IMG/VR virus record: IMGVR_UViG_3300028888_000058
Coordinates: 39,060 to 103,059 of that record
DNA length: 64,000 nt
Strand: one strand, 5' to 3'
Origin: a virus
Lineage: Duplodnaviria; Heunggongvirae; Uroviricota; Caudoviricetes
The translations under genes were made by a program, and so were the position numbers. The notes under the pieces are model-generated. The model ran no database searches. It was not told the DNA's origin and saw only the letters and a list, made by a program, of their open reading frames with translations. This document shows positions 28,616 to 40,300 of this stretch, in pieces. Each line of letters begins with the position of its first letter. The stretch's first letter is position 1.

Positions 28616-29053
28616 ATGGAATATACAAAGGAAGATTTATCAAATCAGGAGTTAATCAATGAAGTTACTGAGGCTACTTTCGGTAAAGCTAAAGGATGTC
28701 CAAAGGGAATGAGTCGCGGAGAATGGCTTACTAAAGAATTAGGTCTTGATAAGGTTAAATCAATTCGTCGTAAGAGCTCCGGTTGTGTTTCATTTTTTGA
28801 CGAGGAAGATAACCGTCGTAAAGCTTTACAGGTTGCATATAAAGCAGCAAAAAACAAGAAGTGGAATTTGGTAGATGAAGAGTTTACTATTAATGAAGAT
28901 TTCAATTTCACTCATACTTCTTGGAAAGGTGTTTTTATAAAAGGTGGTACAACAGTTATTGCAACAATGGAAATTATCAATAAGTACATTGAGGAATGTA
29001 ATAAGCCTTATGGAGAACGTGATTTATCATTTATACATTTAGTAAAAGATTAA
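28616..29053 (+). CDS. Hypothetical protein, also GC-richer
   Basis: ORF. Composition. Confidence 0.45.
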   Translation: MEYTKEDLSNQELINEVTEATFGKAKGCPKGMSRGEWLTKELGLDKVKSIRRKSSGCVSFFDEEDNRRKALQVAYKAAKNKKWNLVDEEFTINEDFNFTHTSWKGVFIKGGTTVIATMEIINKYIEECNKPYGERDLSFIHLVKD

Positions 29054-29234
29054 TGTTAATTTTGTAAATATAACATACTTACAATAGAATATGAAACAGC
29101 CATACGAAAAATTAGAACAGTTGAGAGAAATCCTTGGCGATGAAACTGTATTTACTGAGTTTTTGAATTATTTCACAAATGATCAAATTGATAAGTTTTG
29201 TGATTCTGTAGCAAACGAATATGATATTTAAGAT

Positions 29235-29468
29235 ATGAATATAGTAGAGATTAAGACTGGTAAATATTATGATTCTGATTATTCAGAATATCATTTTAAG
29301 ACAAATCATCTACGAAGAGATATTTATGATGACAATTATAAATTAACTCATAATTTTTTAGATTGGCTTCGTAGAAATCATTCAACAATATATAATGAAT
29401 ATATTTGTGACCCAGATAATTTTGAAATCATTTATCTTCATTTTGATGATATTGAACTAATCCCATAA
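29235..29468 (+). CDS. Hypothetical protein
   Basis: ORF only. Confidence 0.35.
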   Translation: MNIVEIKTGKYYDSDYSEYHFKTNHLRRDIYDDNYKLTHNFLDWLRRNHSTIYNEYICDPDNFEIIYLHFDDIELIP

Positions 29469-29473
29469 ATAAG

Positions 29474-29977
29474 ATGGCAGAAAATTTTAGAAATAAACAA
29501 TGGTTTAAGAACTTAACACAAGATCGTAAAGATGAAATTTGTGCTAAGTTTGATATTGATGAAAAGACATTAAAGAAAGCTGGACGTGAAACTGAAGATG
29601 GGCGTATTGTAGTTGACCTGCTTCGTATTGATCGTATATTACACACTCCAGAACTTTGGGATGTATGTTATAATGCATTAATAAAAAATGATGTATTTAA
29701 TAATTCTTTAAATTGGGATATTAACGAAGTAGATGATATGATACTTCGAATGTCTTCTATATATAATTTTATTAATCCTGATGTAAAATTTCTTAAGTAT
29801 AAATCTTCTTTAAAAAATGATCTTTTTACTAAGGATACGTATAAACGATTACTTAAATGGGTTAATTATGCCAAAGAAGATTTAACAGATGTTGAAAATG
29901 TTAAATTTAGTTCATATCAAATTTATTCACAAGTTAAATGCTTATTGGATTCAGATTTGAAACTAATTAAGCAATAA
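29474..29977 (+). CDS. Hypothetical protein
   Basis: ORF only. Confidence 0.4.
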   Translation: MAENFRNKQWFKNLTQDRKDEICAKFDIDEKTLKKAGRETEDGRIVVDLLRIDRILHTPELWDVCYNALIKNDVFNNSLNWDINEVDDMILRMSSIYNFINPDVKFLKYKSSLKNDLFTKDTYKRLLKWVNYAKEDLTDVENVKFSSYQIYSQVKCLLDSDLKLIKQ

Positions 29978-30036
29978 TTGAATAATTAACCTTAATAATC
30001 TATTTATATATTAAATCTAATATAAAAATAATTATA

Positions 30037-30585
30037 ATGAATTGGTATTTAATTTTATTTGTGGCAACTTTTGCCATATTTATTGTTAAGCTTTTGATTT
30101 CAGTATTTGCTGGAGATTTTGATTTGGATGTAGATTTTGACGGAGATTCAGATTGTGATACATCAAGTGCGTTTTCATTTAAGGGAGTATTGCATTTCTT
30201 AATGGGATTTAGTGCTTATCTTTGCGGAAGAGTTTATTTATATCCTATTAATTTAACTACAGATAATGGTTATGTAACATTTAGTTTTTGGGATTATTTT
30301 ATTGCTGGTTTATGCGGAGCAGTTTTAATGATTCTTTTATTCTTATGTTATAAAACTGCAATGAAAGCTAATTGTACTCCAACATTACCTCAAGATAATA
30401 TTAATGGATGTGTAGGTAATATTTATTTAAATCTTGGTAATGGACAATATTCTGTTGAAGCTCATACTGTAGCAGGAACTACGAATGTGGATGCATTTTA
30501 CACTTCAGATGATTTGGAAATTGGAACTGAAGTAAAGTTAAATAAAGAAGGCGATAAGATTTTAATTTCTTGTATAGATAAATGA
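30037..30585 (+). CDS. NfeD-like membrane protein (YuaF/YqiJ-type), putative flotillin partner
   Basis: N-terminal TM helices plus a C-terminal beta-rich segment GNIYLNLGNGQYSVEAHTVAGTTNVDAFYTSDDLEIGTEVKLNKEGDKILISCI resembling the NfeD OB-fold domain. Sits immediately upstream of the flotillin gene. Confidence 0.45.
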   Translation: MNWYLILFVATFAIFIVKLLISVFAGDFDLDVDFDGDSDCDTSSAFSFKGVLHFLMGFSAYLCGRVYLYPINLTTDNGYVTFSFWDYFIAGLCGAVLMILLFLCYKTAMKANCTPTLPQDNINGCVGNIYLNLGNGQYSVEAHTVAGTTNVDAFYTSDDLEIGTEVKLNKEGDKILISCIDK

Positions 30586-30737
30586 AAGTAAAAGATATTT
30601 TTGGTATTAAAGGATTAGGAACAGTTGTAACTGTACCATTAATTTTATGGGTAGGATCATTAACTTGTAAAATGGTATATGATTATAAAGTATTAAAATA
30701 TTTAAAAAATATTAATAAAAAAATATAAATAAATTAT

Positions 30738-30929
30738 ATGAAGCTAAGGGAATTATTTGATTATATTTGGAATGAATTAGAAATTCCTGTAACTAAATTG
30801 GAAATTCAAAATGGAGTTAATAATTTGTGTGATAATATAAGATATGAAATTAATAAATTAGAACAGGAAGAGGAACAGAAAAAACAAATTAATTATAAAA
30901 GATATCCGAATTCATATTCTATATATTAA
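30738..30929 (+). CDS. Hypothetical small protein
   Basis: ORF only. Confidence 0.3.
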   Translation: MKLRELFDYIWNELEIPVTKLEIQNGVNNLCDNIRYEINKLEQEEEQKKQINYKRYPNSYSIY

Positions 30930-30991
30930 TAATTGAATTAAGAGAGTATTAATATATAATTTTAAACGTTTAATTTTAATTTTTTTAAAAA

Positions 30992-33016
30992 ATGAGTGAA
31001 CAATTATTTACATTGATTTTGATTGGTGGAGCTGTATTGCTCGGTATTATTACCATTTGGGCGATTCTTTCTAGATATCGTCGTTCTGCACCAGATGAAC
31101 TTTTGGTTGTGTTCGGTAAATCTGGAAAGATGAAGGTTGAAGGTGAAGATGGTAAGGAGAAGACTATTGTAGTTCCATCTAAGATTATTCAGGGTGGTGG
31201 TGCATTTGTATGGCCTATCATTCAAGATTACAAAAAGATGTCAATGGCACCTATTCAGATTAAGGTAACTGTTGACGGTATTGATTCTCAGGCTATTCCT
31301 ATGCACTTGCCTGTTGTATTGACTACAGCTATTAGTAGGGATAAGGAAATTCAACAGAACGCTGCAACAAGATTCTTAAGTGCTAAATCTGAGGAAATTC
31401 ACAAGCAGGTATCTGAAATCCTTGTTGGTGAGACACGTGCTATTATGGCAACAATGCTTATTGAGGAAATTAACGCAGAACGTGATAAGTTCTTGAATAA
31501 GGTTCGTGGATCACTTGAGCAGGAGTTGGCTAAGGTTGGTTATGATGTTACTAACATTAACATTTCAGAAATTACTGATGATGCTAATTACATTAAGAAC
31601 TTAGGTCAGAAGGCTGCTACTAAGGCACAGGCTAACGCTGAGGCAGATATTGCTGAACAGAGGAAGCAAGGTAATGTTAAGATCGCAAACACTAAGAAGG
31701 AAGAGGAAATTCAGGTTGCTGCAGCTACTAAGGAGCAGGAGGTAACTGTTAATGAAACAAAACAGGAGCAGGAAGTTCGAGTTGCAGAGATTCAAAGAGA
31801 TAAGGAAATTAAACTTGCTGAGGCTGCTAAGGAACGTGAGTCTGGTATTGCAACTCAAGAAGCTGAAAAGGCTGCTAATATTGCTGAGGCACAGGCTGAT
31901 GCAGAATCAAAGAAAGCAACTGCTAAGGCTCGTCAGATTTCAGCTGTAGCTAAGGCACAGGCTGAAGCAGAATCAAATAAGGCAGGTTCTGAGGCAGAAC
32001 AGATGAAGAATATCGCTAAGTATGAGGCAGATGCTGAAGCTACCAAGAATGAACAGGAAGCACAGAAGTTGATTCGTGTTGCTAAGGCTAATCAGGAGAA
32101 GGAAGCAGAAACTATTAAGGCAATACAGGAAAAGGAATCTAAGGCTGCAGAATATGAATCTGAGAAACGTAAGCGTAAGGCAGAAGCTGATAAGAAAGCT
32201 GGTGTCGCAGAACAGATTGCAAAGATTGAAGTTGCTGAGGCTACTGCTAAGGCAGGTAAGGCGGAAGCTGATGCTAAGAAGGTGAAGGAAACTGCTATGG
32301 TTGATGCAGAGATGTCGGTTGCTAAAACCAAGCAAGAGAGACAGTTGGAAGTTAACAAGGCACAGGCTGCTGCTGCAGAGGAGCAATTAAATGCTACTGA
32401 AATCGTACCTGCTCAGAAAGCTAAGGAGAAGGCAGTTATTGAGGCTGAGGCAATTAAACGTAAGGCAGAACTTGAGGCTGAAGCTGTTAAAGCTCAATTA
32501 TTGAGAAAGGCTGAGGCTGAGGCTGAAGCAACTCGTATTAAGTTAAATGCTGAGGCAGAAGGTATTAAGAATAAGTTAATGGCTGAGGCTGAAGGTAAGA
32601 GAGCAAGTTTGATGGCTGAGGCGGAAGCATTACAGCAGAAGGAATTGGCACCTGCTATGGCATTTGAGAAAATGGTAGAGGTTGCAGGTGGTCGCCCAGA
32701 TTTGGCTGTACAATGGAAGACTGTTGATCATCTTGAAGGTATCGCTGGTGCTCAGGCCGAAGCTTTATCAAAAATATCTTTGGGCCACGTTATGGTATAT
32801 GGTGATTCTTCTACTGGTGGTAAGTTTATTAAGGATCTTATGGCTAACGTAACTCCTGCTATTGATATGATCTCAACTGGTATGAAGACTCCTATCAAGA
32901 ATCTTTTGGGAATGACCGATGATAAGAAGGAGCTTAATGCACCAGAAGAGCAACAGATTAATGAAGATAAGAAAAAGAGAAATAAGAAAACTGATAACTT
33001 CGAGGAAGTTAAGTAA
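30992..33016 (+). CDS. Flotillin-like SPFH (band-7) protein
   Basis: N-terminal TM, an SPFH-like domain and about 350 aa of Ala/Glu-rich coiled coil (EAEAE, AKAQAEAE repeats), as in FloT/YuaG. GC-richer codon usage. Confidence 0.65.
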   Translation: MSEQLFTLILIGGAVLLGIITIWAILSRYRRSAPDELLVVFGKSGKMKVEGEDGKEKTIVVPSKIIQGGGAFVWPIIQDYKKMSMAPIQIKVTVDGIDSQAIPMHLPVVLTTAISRDKEIQQNAATRFLSAKSEEIHKQVSEILVGETRAIMATMLIEEINAERDKFLNKVRGSLEQELAKVGYDVTNINISEITDDANYIKNLGQKAATKAQANAEADIAEQRKQGNVKIANTKKEEEIQVAAATKEQEVTVNETKQEQEVRVAEIQRDKEIKLAEAAKERESGIATQEAEKAANIAEAQADAESKKATAKARQISAVAKAQAEAESNKAGSEAEQMKNIAKYEADAEATKNEQEAQKLIRVAKANQEKEAETIKAIQEKESKAAEYESEKRKRKAEADKKAGVAEQIAKIEVAEATAKAGKAEADAKKVKETAMVDAEMSVAKTKQERQLEVNKAQAAAAEEQLNATEIVPAQKAKEKAVIEAEAIKRKAELEAEAVKAQLLRKAEAEAEATRIKLNAEAEGIKNKLMAEAEGKRASLMAEAEALQQKELAPAMAFEKMVEVAGGRPDLAVQWKTVDHLEGIAGAQAEALSKISLGHVMVYGDSSTGGKFIKDLMANVTPAIDMISTGMKTPIKNLLGMTDDKKELNAPEEQQINEDKKKRNKKTDNFEEVK

Positions 33017-33036
33017 ATAGTTAAAGCGTTAACTAT

Positions 33037-33072
33037 ATAAAGAAAGGATACTATTTAATAGTATCCTTTTTT
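33037..33072 (+). terminator. Rho-independent terminator
   Basis: aggatactatttaatagtatcct followed by ttttttatt. Confidence 0.55.
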
Positions 33073-33121
33073 TATTATTTTTATATATAATGATATTAAA
33101 AATATTAAATAATATATAAAG

Positions 33122-33982
33122 ATGAAAAATATTATAGATTTTATATTTGAATCAAAATTCCCACACGAACGTAATAGTTATGCTGATGGTAAATTAGGTG
33201 ATCTTGCTTTTAAAAGAGATAAAGAACACTGGGCATGGGAAAATAAATATTATAAAAAATTATTAACATTACTTAATAATAAATATATTAAACCATTATC
33301 AAAAGAAGTTAAAAATATAAAAATTAATGGTGATATAAATAATGAACATGATTTCTTTGGTTGTAGTGCAGGTTATGTAAATTATTATGATTCTAAAAAA
33401 CAAAAACATGAAGAATATAATTTTAATATACATATAAATAATACTGATGATGAAACAATTAATAAAATTACAGATTATTTAGAAAAAAATAACATAGATT
33501 ATGTTATTGATAATAGTTATGTTAAATATGGGGAATATCGTATATGTATAAAAGATGATGAAATGGAAAAGATTCAACAAGGATATGATGAAGACAGTGA
33601 TAAAATATATGATAAGTATTCTAAGTTGATGAAACCATTTGAAAAAACTCCAGTAGATTTTAAAGATATTAAAGATGATGTTCAAAATGCATTAAATGAT
33701 AAAAATGCAAATACATATTTTGGTATATATCATGATGATTTATTAGATTATGAATTATATCCTGTAATTCCTAAATTAATAAACAGTGTAAATGATGTGT
33801 TTATGAGTGGAAAATATTGGTTCTTATGTTCTGCTCATATAGAAGATGAGACATATGATGATGTTATTCCACATAATTGGTCATGGAGTGATGATATGAC
33901 TTATGATGATTGTCTTTCTGCATGGAATGAATTATCTAAAAAACAACAGGATAAATTAATTGGTATGCTTAAAAATTGTTAA
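33122..33982 (+). CDS. CTS-tagged hypothetical protein (MKNIIDFIFE)
   Basis: Shared motif. Confidence 0.5.
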   Translation: MKNIIDFIFESKFPHERNSYADGKLGDLAFKRDKEHWAWENKYYKKLLTLLNNKYIKPLSKEVKNIKINGDINNEHDFFGCSAGYVNYYDSKKQKHEEYNFNIHINNTDDETINKITDYLEKNNIDYVIDNSYVKYGEYRICIKDDEMEKIQQGYDEDSDKIYDKYSKLMKPFEKTPVDFKDIKDDVQNALNDKNANTYFGIYHDDLLDYELYPVIPKLINSVNDVFMSGKYWFLCSAHIEDETYDDVIPHNWSWSDDMTYDDCLSAWNELSKKQQDKLIGMLKNC

Positions 33983-34013
33983 CTTAAAATTATTAATAAA
34001 ATATTCATATATA

Positions 34014-34046
34014 AGGTTGCCAATATTGGCAACCTTTTGTTGTTAT
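34014..34046 (+). terminator. Rho-independent terminator
   Basis: ggttgccaatattggcaacc followed by ttttgttg. Confidence 0.5.
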
Positions 34047-34102
34047 ATAAATTTATATTTTTATTTTTATTTATAATAAATAAAGTATAAATGATATAAA
34101 AT

Positions 34103-34747
34103 ATGAATTACGAAGGCAAATTTGGAACAGAAGATCCTCAAGATAAAGGGGATGCTTTAGAAAATTTATTTATAAAAAGTAATGCTCCAGATTTAGCAGA
34201 TACAGATGAAGCATTACAGACTCCTATGTTAATTATTGATATGGACGAATTAGATAAAAAGACTTTAGAACGTGCCACATTAATAATTAACAAATTGGCA
34301 GCTTATTATTTTGATCAAAGATATATTGATAATCACCCTTATGTTACTTCAAAGATAACACAAGAAATTGATAACATCAGACGTCTTTTGAAAATGTTAT
34401 CAGTTAATGAAAAGGCACAAGATACTTTGATTATGTCTATAGCAGGCAATATGGCTAAAGGTACTTTATATTCTTCATTAACTTCCTTACAAAATTCAAT
34501 GTTACAGATGCAATCACAATTAAATTCATTAACGGCAAATCTTGAAAACATCTTTAAAGAAATGCAAGATAATTGCGATAAGACATTCCAGGAAAAAGAA
34601 AAAGAAACATCAGAAGATGGCTCTATGGTTGTTCGCGGTTCACGTGACTTTATTAAGGAAATTACAAATTCTTTAACTGGAATGAAGATACAATCTAAGG
34701 AAGAATCCGAAAATCAAAGTACAGAAATCATAAATCAAACCAATTAA
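34103..34747 (+). CDS. Hypothetical protein; possibly structural or assembly-related
   Basis: ORF only. Confidence 0.4.
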   Translation: MNYEGKFGTEDPQDKGDALENLFIKSNAPDLADTDEALQTPMLIIDMDELDKKTLERATLIINKLAAYYFDQRYIDNHPYVTSKITQEIDNIRRLLKMLSVNEKAQDTLIMSIAGNMAKGTLYSSLTSLQNSMLQMQSQLNSLTANLENIFKEMQDNCDKTFQEKEKETSEDGSMVVRGSRDFIKEITNSLTGMKIQSKEESENQSTEIINQTN

Positions 34748-34794
34748 TTTAATATTATTTTTAAATATAAGAAAATATATTTGATATGTAGATA

Positions 34795-37170
34795 ATGCCT
34801 AATTATGAATCTAATGGTGTCTTATTTAAAAATGTTACCGCTGGTTTGAACACTGGTGGCCAAAAAATAAATAAAGCACCATATAAGTATGAAAATGGAA
34901 ATATCAAAAATCCCCAATTAATTATAAATGCAATTGATATTGATTGGAATAACGCTGAAGTTCCTGGATTGGATGATGACATTATTTCAACAGCAATGTT
35001 CTTAAGTACTATTGGTAATATTAATGAAACATCAAAACAATTAGTAAGAAAAACACAAGAATTAGAAACTGGTTTAAATAATTTATCGGATCATACAAGT
35101 GAAGTTGAAGAATCTTTAGGTACATTAGCAGAAAATGTTGATAATGCAGATCGTAGATTACAGCAATCAATTAATGAAAAAATATCAACAACAGAATTTA
35201 ATGAACGTGTTGAAGAAATTGTTAATCAAATAGGTCCTAAAGAGACTTATAAGCATATTATATTAACACAAGAAGAATATGAAGCATTAGAAGAATATGA
35301 AGAAGATGCTTTATATATGGTTATTGATGATGGAGTTCCAACACCACCGCCAACTCCTGTACCTACAGATCCATTTGAAGATATTAGTACAAACTTAAAT
35401 GTTTCTTATGTTGATGAAAATGGAGATATACAAGAAACTATATACACAACAGATGGTAAGATATCATTAGCGCCACAAAAGTCTTATACATTAGAAGGAA
35501 CATTAATTGGATCAATTGAAATTGACACATCATCATTATCTAAAGTTAATAATGATACTGAACTTATATTAAATAATGTACGTATATTATCAGATACAGA
35601 TAATGCAATTTTATATAAGATACCTGAAAATGCAAAAGCTCAGAAATCACTTAAGATAACATTATCACCTAATGTTGAAAACTATATATATTGCACATTA
35701 ACTGCAGAAAATACAGATGATCAACCTGGTGCAATATATTCAATGAATAATCTTAACATTCAAGGCGCAGGTTATTTATCAATTAAGACCAAATCAGGTC
35801 ATGGTATTCGTGCTGATGTTCTTAATTTAGGTGGTCCTCATATTTGGATCAATTCACCACATGATGGTATACATGGTAGAGATATACATATAATTGGCGG
35901 TGTATATAGCATGAATGGGTGTAATGATGCAATTGGTACTAGCAATTCTGGTAGAGTATTATTCTATGATGGCATATTATATACAAGTAATTTAAAACAA
36001 AATATTATAGATAGTAAAAACAAAGGATTATATTTCTCAGAAGATTTATTAACATCAGCACAATTACAAAGCTGTAATAATATGTATTTATTATCTGAAC
36101 AAAATTATAAATCAATATTTGGAAATATAACTGGATCTATTCAATTATTACCAGGTCAACCAGATTTTGATTATGATGAAAATACAACAGGAACTCCAAT
36201 AGAATTAGATGAAGCTACAGATACTTATATAATTTCTAATACTAAAGGAAATAAAGGAAAATATATTTTAGCAACAGGATATATTAATAAACCAATACAA
36301 TTTGATGGCTATGGTAATCAAAATGGAGATAATGTAACATTATATTTAAATAATGCATTTATAGATACATATAATAATCCAGATTTAAGTAATGGTGGTA
36401 ATGTACCATCTGTTTATTATTCTTCAGAAGGATCAAATATAAAAATAATGGCAGTTCAAGATTCTATAAATGTTATTAGAAATAATTATACATCTACAGG
36501 AATTGATGCCATTAATTTTGAAAGTGATTGTGTAAAATCTGAAAATAACTTAGAAATTGAACTTAAGAATAACTCATATTTGTATATATCATCGTTAAAA
36601 GCTGATGGATTAGATGGTGGTGAAACTAAAATTACTGATTCTAAAGGAAACATAATTATAACAAAATGTGGTCAACGTGGTATAAAAGGTAATGCAGTTG
36701 TTATTGGACCTGATGCAAATATATCATTAAAGAGCAATATTGAACAATATTACACAAAAGAATTTGTTGAAGAACATAATAGATTAAATCCAACAGATCA
36801 AATAAAATATACTACATTTGATGGTATATGTTATGTTAAGAATAATTGTAAAGTATTTATGCCAGAAATAGCAAATGGTTTATCTGATACTGATAAGAAA
36901 AATAGTGGTTTTGCTGATATATATGGAAGAAATGGTAAAGCTACAAGAGGTATTATTGGATTTACAACTTTAGAATTAGTTGGTGTATGTATAACTGGAT
37001 CAATGTGTTCTGTTTCTACAATTAATATGGGTAGTGCAAAAAGATTATATTATAATGAAATTATTAAATCAAATGATACTATTCAAAATCCTATTCCATT
37101 AACTGGTTCTCCAAGAATACTTAATGAAGTTGATCCAACAGATGAATCTAAAAATGTAGTTGATTTTTAA
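34795..37170 (+). CDS. Putative tail fibre or tailspike with a beta-helix (pectin-lyase-fold-like) region
   Basis: PTPPPTPVPTDP linker. Repetitive segments such as NLGGPHIWINSPHDGIHGRDIHIIGGVYSMNGCNDAIGTSNSG are typical of parallel beta-helix depolymerases. Confidence 0.4.
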   Translation: MPNYESNGVLFKNVTAGLNTGGQKINKAPYKYENGNIKNPQLIINAIDIDWNNAEVPGLDDDIISTAMFLSTIGNINETSKQLVRKTQELETGLNNLSDHTSEVEESLGTLAENVDNADRRLQQSINEKISTTEFNERVEEIVNQIGPKETYKHIILTQEEYEALEEYEEDALYMVIDDGVPTPPPTPVPTDPFEDISTNLNVSYVDENGDIQETIYTTDGKISLAPQKSYTLEGTLIGSIEIDTSSLSKVNNDTELILNNVRILSDTDNAILYKIPENAKAQKSLKITLSPNVENYIYCTLTAENTDDQPGAIYSMNNLNIQGAGYLSIKTKSGHGIRADVLNLGGPHIWINSPHDGIHGRDIHIIGGVYSMNGCNDAIGTSNSGRVLFYDGILYTSNLKQNIIDSKNKGLYFSEDLLTSAQLQSCNNMYLLSEQNYKSIFGNITGSIQLLPGQPDFDYDENTTGTPIELDEATDTYIISNTKGNKGKYILATGYINKPIQFDGYGNQNGDNVTLYLNNAFIDTYNNPDLSNGGNVPSVYYSSEGSNIKIMAVQDSINVIRNNYTSTGIDAINFESDCVKSENNLEIELKNNSYLYISSLKADGLDGGETKITDSKGNIIITKCGQRGIKGNAVVIGPDANISLKSNIEQYYTKEFVEEHNRLNPTDQIKYTTFDGICYVKNNCKVFMPEIANGLSDTDKKNSGFADIYGRNGKATRGIIGFTTLELVGVCITGSMCSVSTINMGSAKRLYYNEIIKSNDTIQNPIPLTGSPRILNEVDPTDESKNVVDF

Positions 37171-37173
37171 ACA

Positions 37174-37362
37174 ATGATAGTAATTAATGGAGATAATATT
37201 GGTCTTATAAAAATTTATAAGAATGAAATTTTAGAAAATATTAGTGCAGTTTATCATAAAGGTGAAATGATCTGGGGTGGTAGTGGTGCACTAGCATGTT
37301 TTAGCGGTGGTACATGGATAGATACATTACCATGGCTTGATGATGCTATATGGAAAGATTAA
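37174..37362 (+). CDS. Hypothetical small protein
   Basis: ORF only. Confidence 0.3.
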   Translation: MIVINGDNIGLIKIYKNEILENISAVYHKGEMIWGGSGALACFSGGTWIDTLPWLDDAIWKD

Positions 37363-37394
37363 AATATAAGAAATAAATTAAATAAATAAGATAT

Positions 37395-40300
37395 ATGGGT
37401 CTTTATACAGGAAGTTTAAATGAATTTATTGATTGGATATCTAATAGAGATATAATAACTAATAGAAAAACAATAGTTGACACAATTAGTGGTGGATCAA
37501 TTCGTGAATTATTACAGAGTCATTTACGTAAGCCATTTTATGTTCACGAAGATATTGATAATAATAGAAAACTATTGTTCTCAAGTGAAGAATCTAAGAT
37601 TAGATATTTTAAAGCAGTAGAAGAAGCGGGTGGTAATGAAAATGCCATAGCTCAAAAATATAAAGATTTAGTATTACTTGAATTTGATATCCCTGCACCT
37701 CATAAGATTATTTGTGTAGGGGAAAATGATGAAGTACTTAAAACAATGAATATTTTAAGTGGTAGTGCTCGTCAAATGATTAAGTTTAAAGTATATATTG
37801 ATGATAAAACTAGTGGACTTAACTCAAGTTATGAAGTTAAATTTAAACTTGTAGGACCTAATAATCAAGTTACATACGAAGATGTTCGTACTTATGATAG
37901 TACTAGTACAACAGACGTACAGTTATTTGACTGTTTTGATTATTTGCAAACAGGTTCAAATACATTAACATTATCTATAAGATTAACTGGTGATATATCT
38001 GCAGAAAAAATTAACCCACAAATTCCTATTAATATTATTAGTTATAATATATCAGCAGAATATGCTACATCTAATTGGTTTGATCCAATTTCTATTGGTT
38101 CTAACCTTCCTATTAATATGATAGTTAATAGAAGTATTTCAACTCCTGTTTCACAGACAATTTCATATTACATAGATGATTATTCTAATCCTAAAGGAAC
38201 AATAACAAAAAATATTGAAGGATTACGTGTTGCTACTTCATTAACAATTCCTAACGATATTATTAGAGAATGTGTTTGGCCACAATCTGGTACAGAAGAA
38301 AGTATGCATCCTAAGCATTATCTATTAATCAAAGGTAATATGTCAACAACAGATAATAGTATTAACTTTGATTCTAATTCATTACTTTATGAATTTATAA
38401 CTCAATCTGATGAACAAGAAGAATTAAATAACCACTTTATAATCATTAAACTATCTATACCTGCTGGTTCTTTACAGACATCAAATGGTATGGAAGGAAT
38501 TTATTTGACTGGTATTCAATATGAAGAGTTTATATTAGACTGGGCATATTTCACAAATGGTGGTACTGATGCATCTATTAGTGTTGAATGGGAGTTATGT
38601 CAATATGATACTGAAACTGGCGAAGTTATTGAAGATTCTAGAACATATTTGGCTACGTTATCAGGTATTAGAAACCAGGTTGCAGAGCCATTAAGATTTG
38701 TTCCAGATCAACCTTATCTAGAATCAGAAAACTGGCATTTGGTTGGTACTGTATTAAGTAATATTAAAGATTCTGAATCTGGAGAACCACGTAGATATAA
38801 AGCATTCGATAGACAAATTATTATTGAAAGATCATCATTTGAATTTGAATTTAATGAATGGGCTGGATATGTATTTAAATTAAATGCTTATGGCCGTACA
38901 AACAGTGAATCTGAAACATCAAGAACTAGATGGATGCCAACAGGTACAATATTGAATACTGCAAATATTCCACAAATGAATTTTTCTCCGTCAATTCCTT
39001 GGGATTCTGCAAATGGATGGTCAAATAATAGTTTGACATTCAATTCAGAAACATGTTTTGGAACAATTAACTTTAATGCATTTCCAAGTGGAAATCAATA
39101 TTTATTAAGTGAATATGGACGTACAATAGAAATTGACTTTATGTCAGGTTCAGTTAATAACGATGAAGATCCATTGATTATAATAGGTGCTAACGGAGAA
39201 ACAAGTAGAACTTATGAAGGGTCTACTCGTACAAATCCTGCGATATATATTTATCCTACAAAGGCGGTTATGTATTCAGGTGCAACTGAAGTCATTAAGA
39301 CAAACTATAAATCTAATGAACGTATTCAGTTAACATTCATATTTATGCCTAATACTGCCATTAAAGATGCTAAAAACGTTTATATTGTTAATAATGGTGT
39401 ACTTGAACGTGGTGCTAACTTAAGTGACCAAACAATAAGTAATGCAAATGGATGGATTAGAATTGGTGGAACAAACTCTCAAATATCTTTATATAATATA
39501 AGAGTTTGGTGGAGAAATATGCCAGTTTATGATGCATTTACAAACTTCTTATTTGATGCTCCTAATAAATCATCAATCATTATTAGAAACTCAATTACAA
39601 AAGGTTCTGGATCATCTGAAATTGATTATGATAGATGCGTATCAAAAATAGATACATTCTTAATATCAGGTAACATTAATAATATATTGACTCCTGGTGT
39701 TAATAAAGAAGATTCTGAAACTCCAGTTAACATTTTATATACAACGCCTTCAGATGGTCAGTATTTAGGATTCAATGCTACCGCAGTTAAAATGAGAAAA
39801 CATGGTCAGTCAACATTGAACTATCCTATTGCTTCATTTAAATTCTGGCTTAACAAATCAAAGGGTGAAAATAATCCACAAGTTGAATTTAAAGATGGTG
39901 TTAAAAACTTAAGGTTAGTTAAGAATAGATATCCTATTAACATAGGTTCAATTCCTTCTAATAAATATGTTTTACAAGCAAACTATGCTGACTCATCTGG
40001 TGTTCATAATGGAGGATTACTTAGATTAATTAATGAAACATGGTATAATGCCCCATTTAAGAAATCAAATGGTGTAATAGAATATAAATTAAGAACTTCT
40101 CCACAGTTATTTACATCTAACCAAACAGTTATTCATAATGATACACTATTAAATGAAGTTGGATCATCTGTATGGACTGATGGATATGGAAATACTGATG
40201 TAGAAATAAATGGAGTAAGCGCAAAAAATCATACATGGGGTGACTTACGTATAGCTGAAACTGGAAATGCACAACTAACAGCATTCCCATATAAGTTACG

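Noticed and set aside
31601-32386. Minus-strand and alternate-frame ORFs inside the flotillin gene. Similar antisense ORFs occur inside other large genes, for example 1762..2121, 24410..24940 and 50324..50642.
   Set aside because: They are mirror or shifted frames of repetitive, low-complexity coding sequence on the opposite strand of well-supported genes. They give no independent signal.
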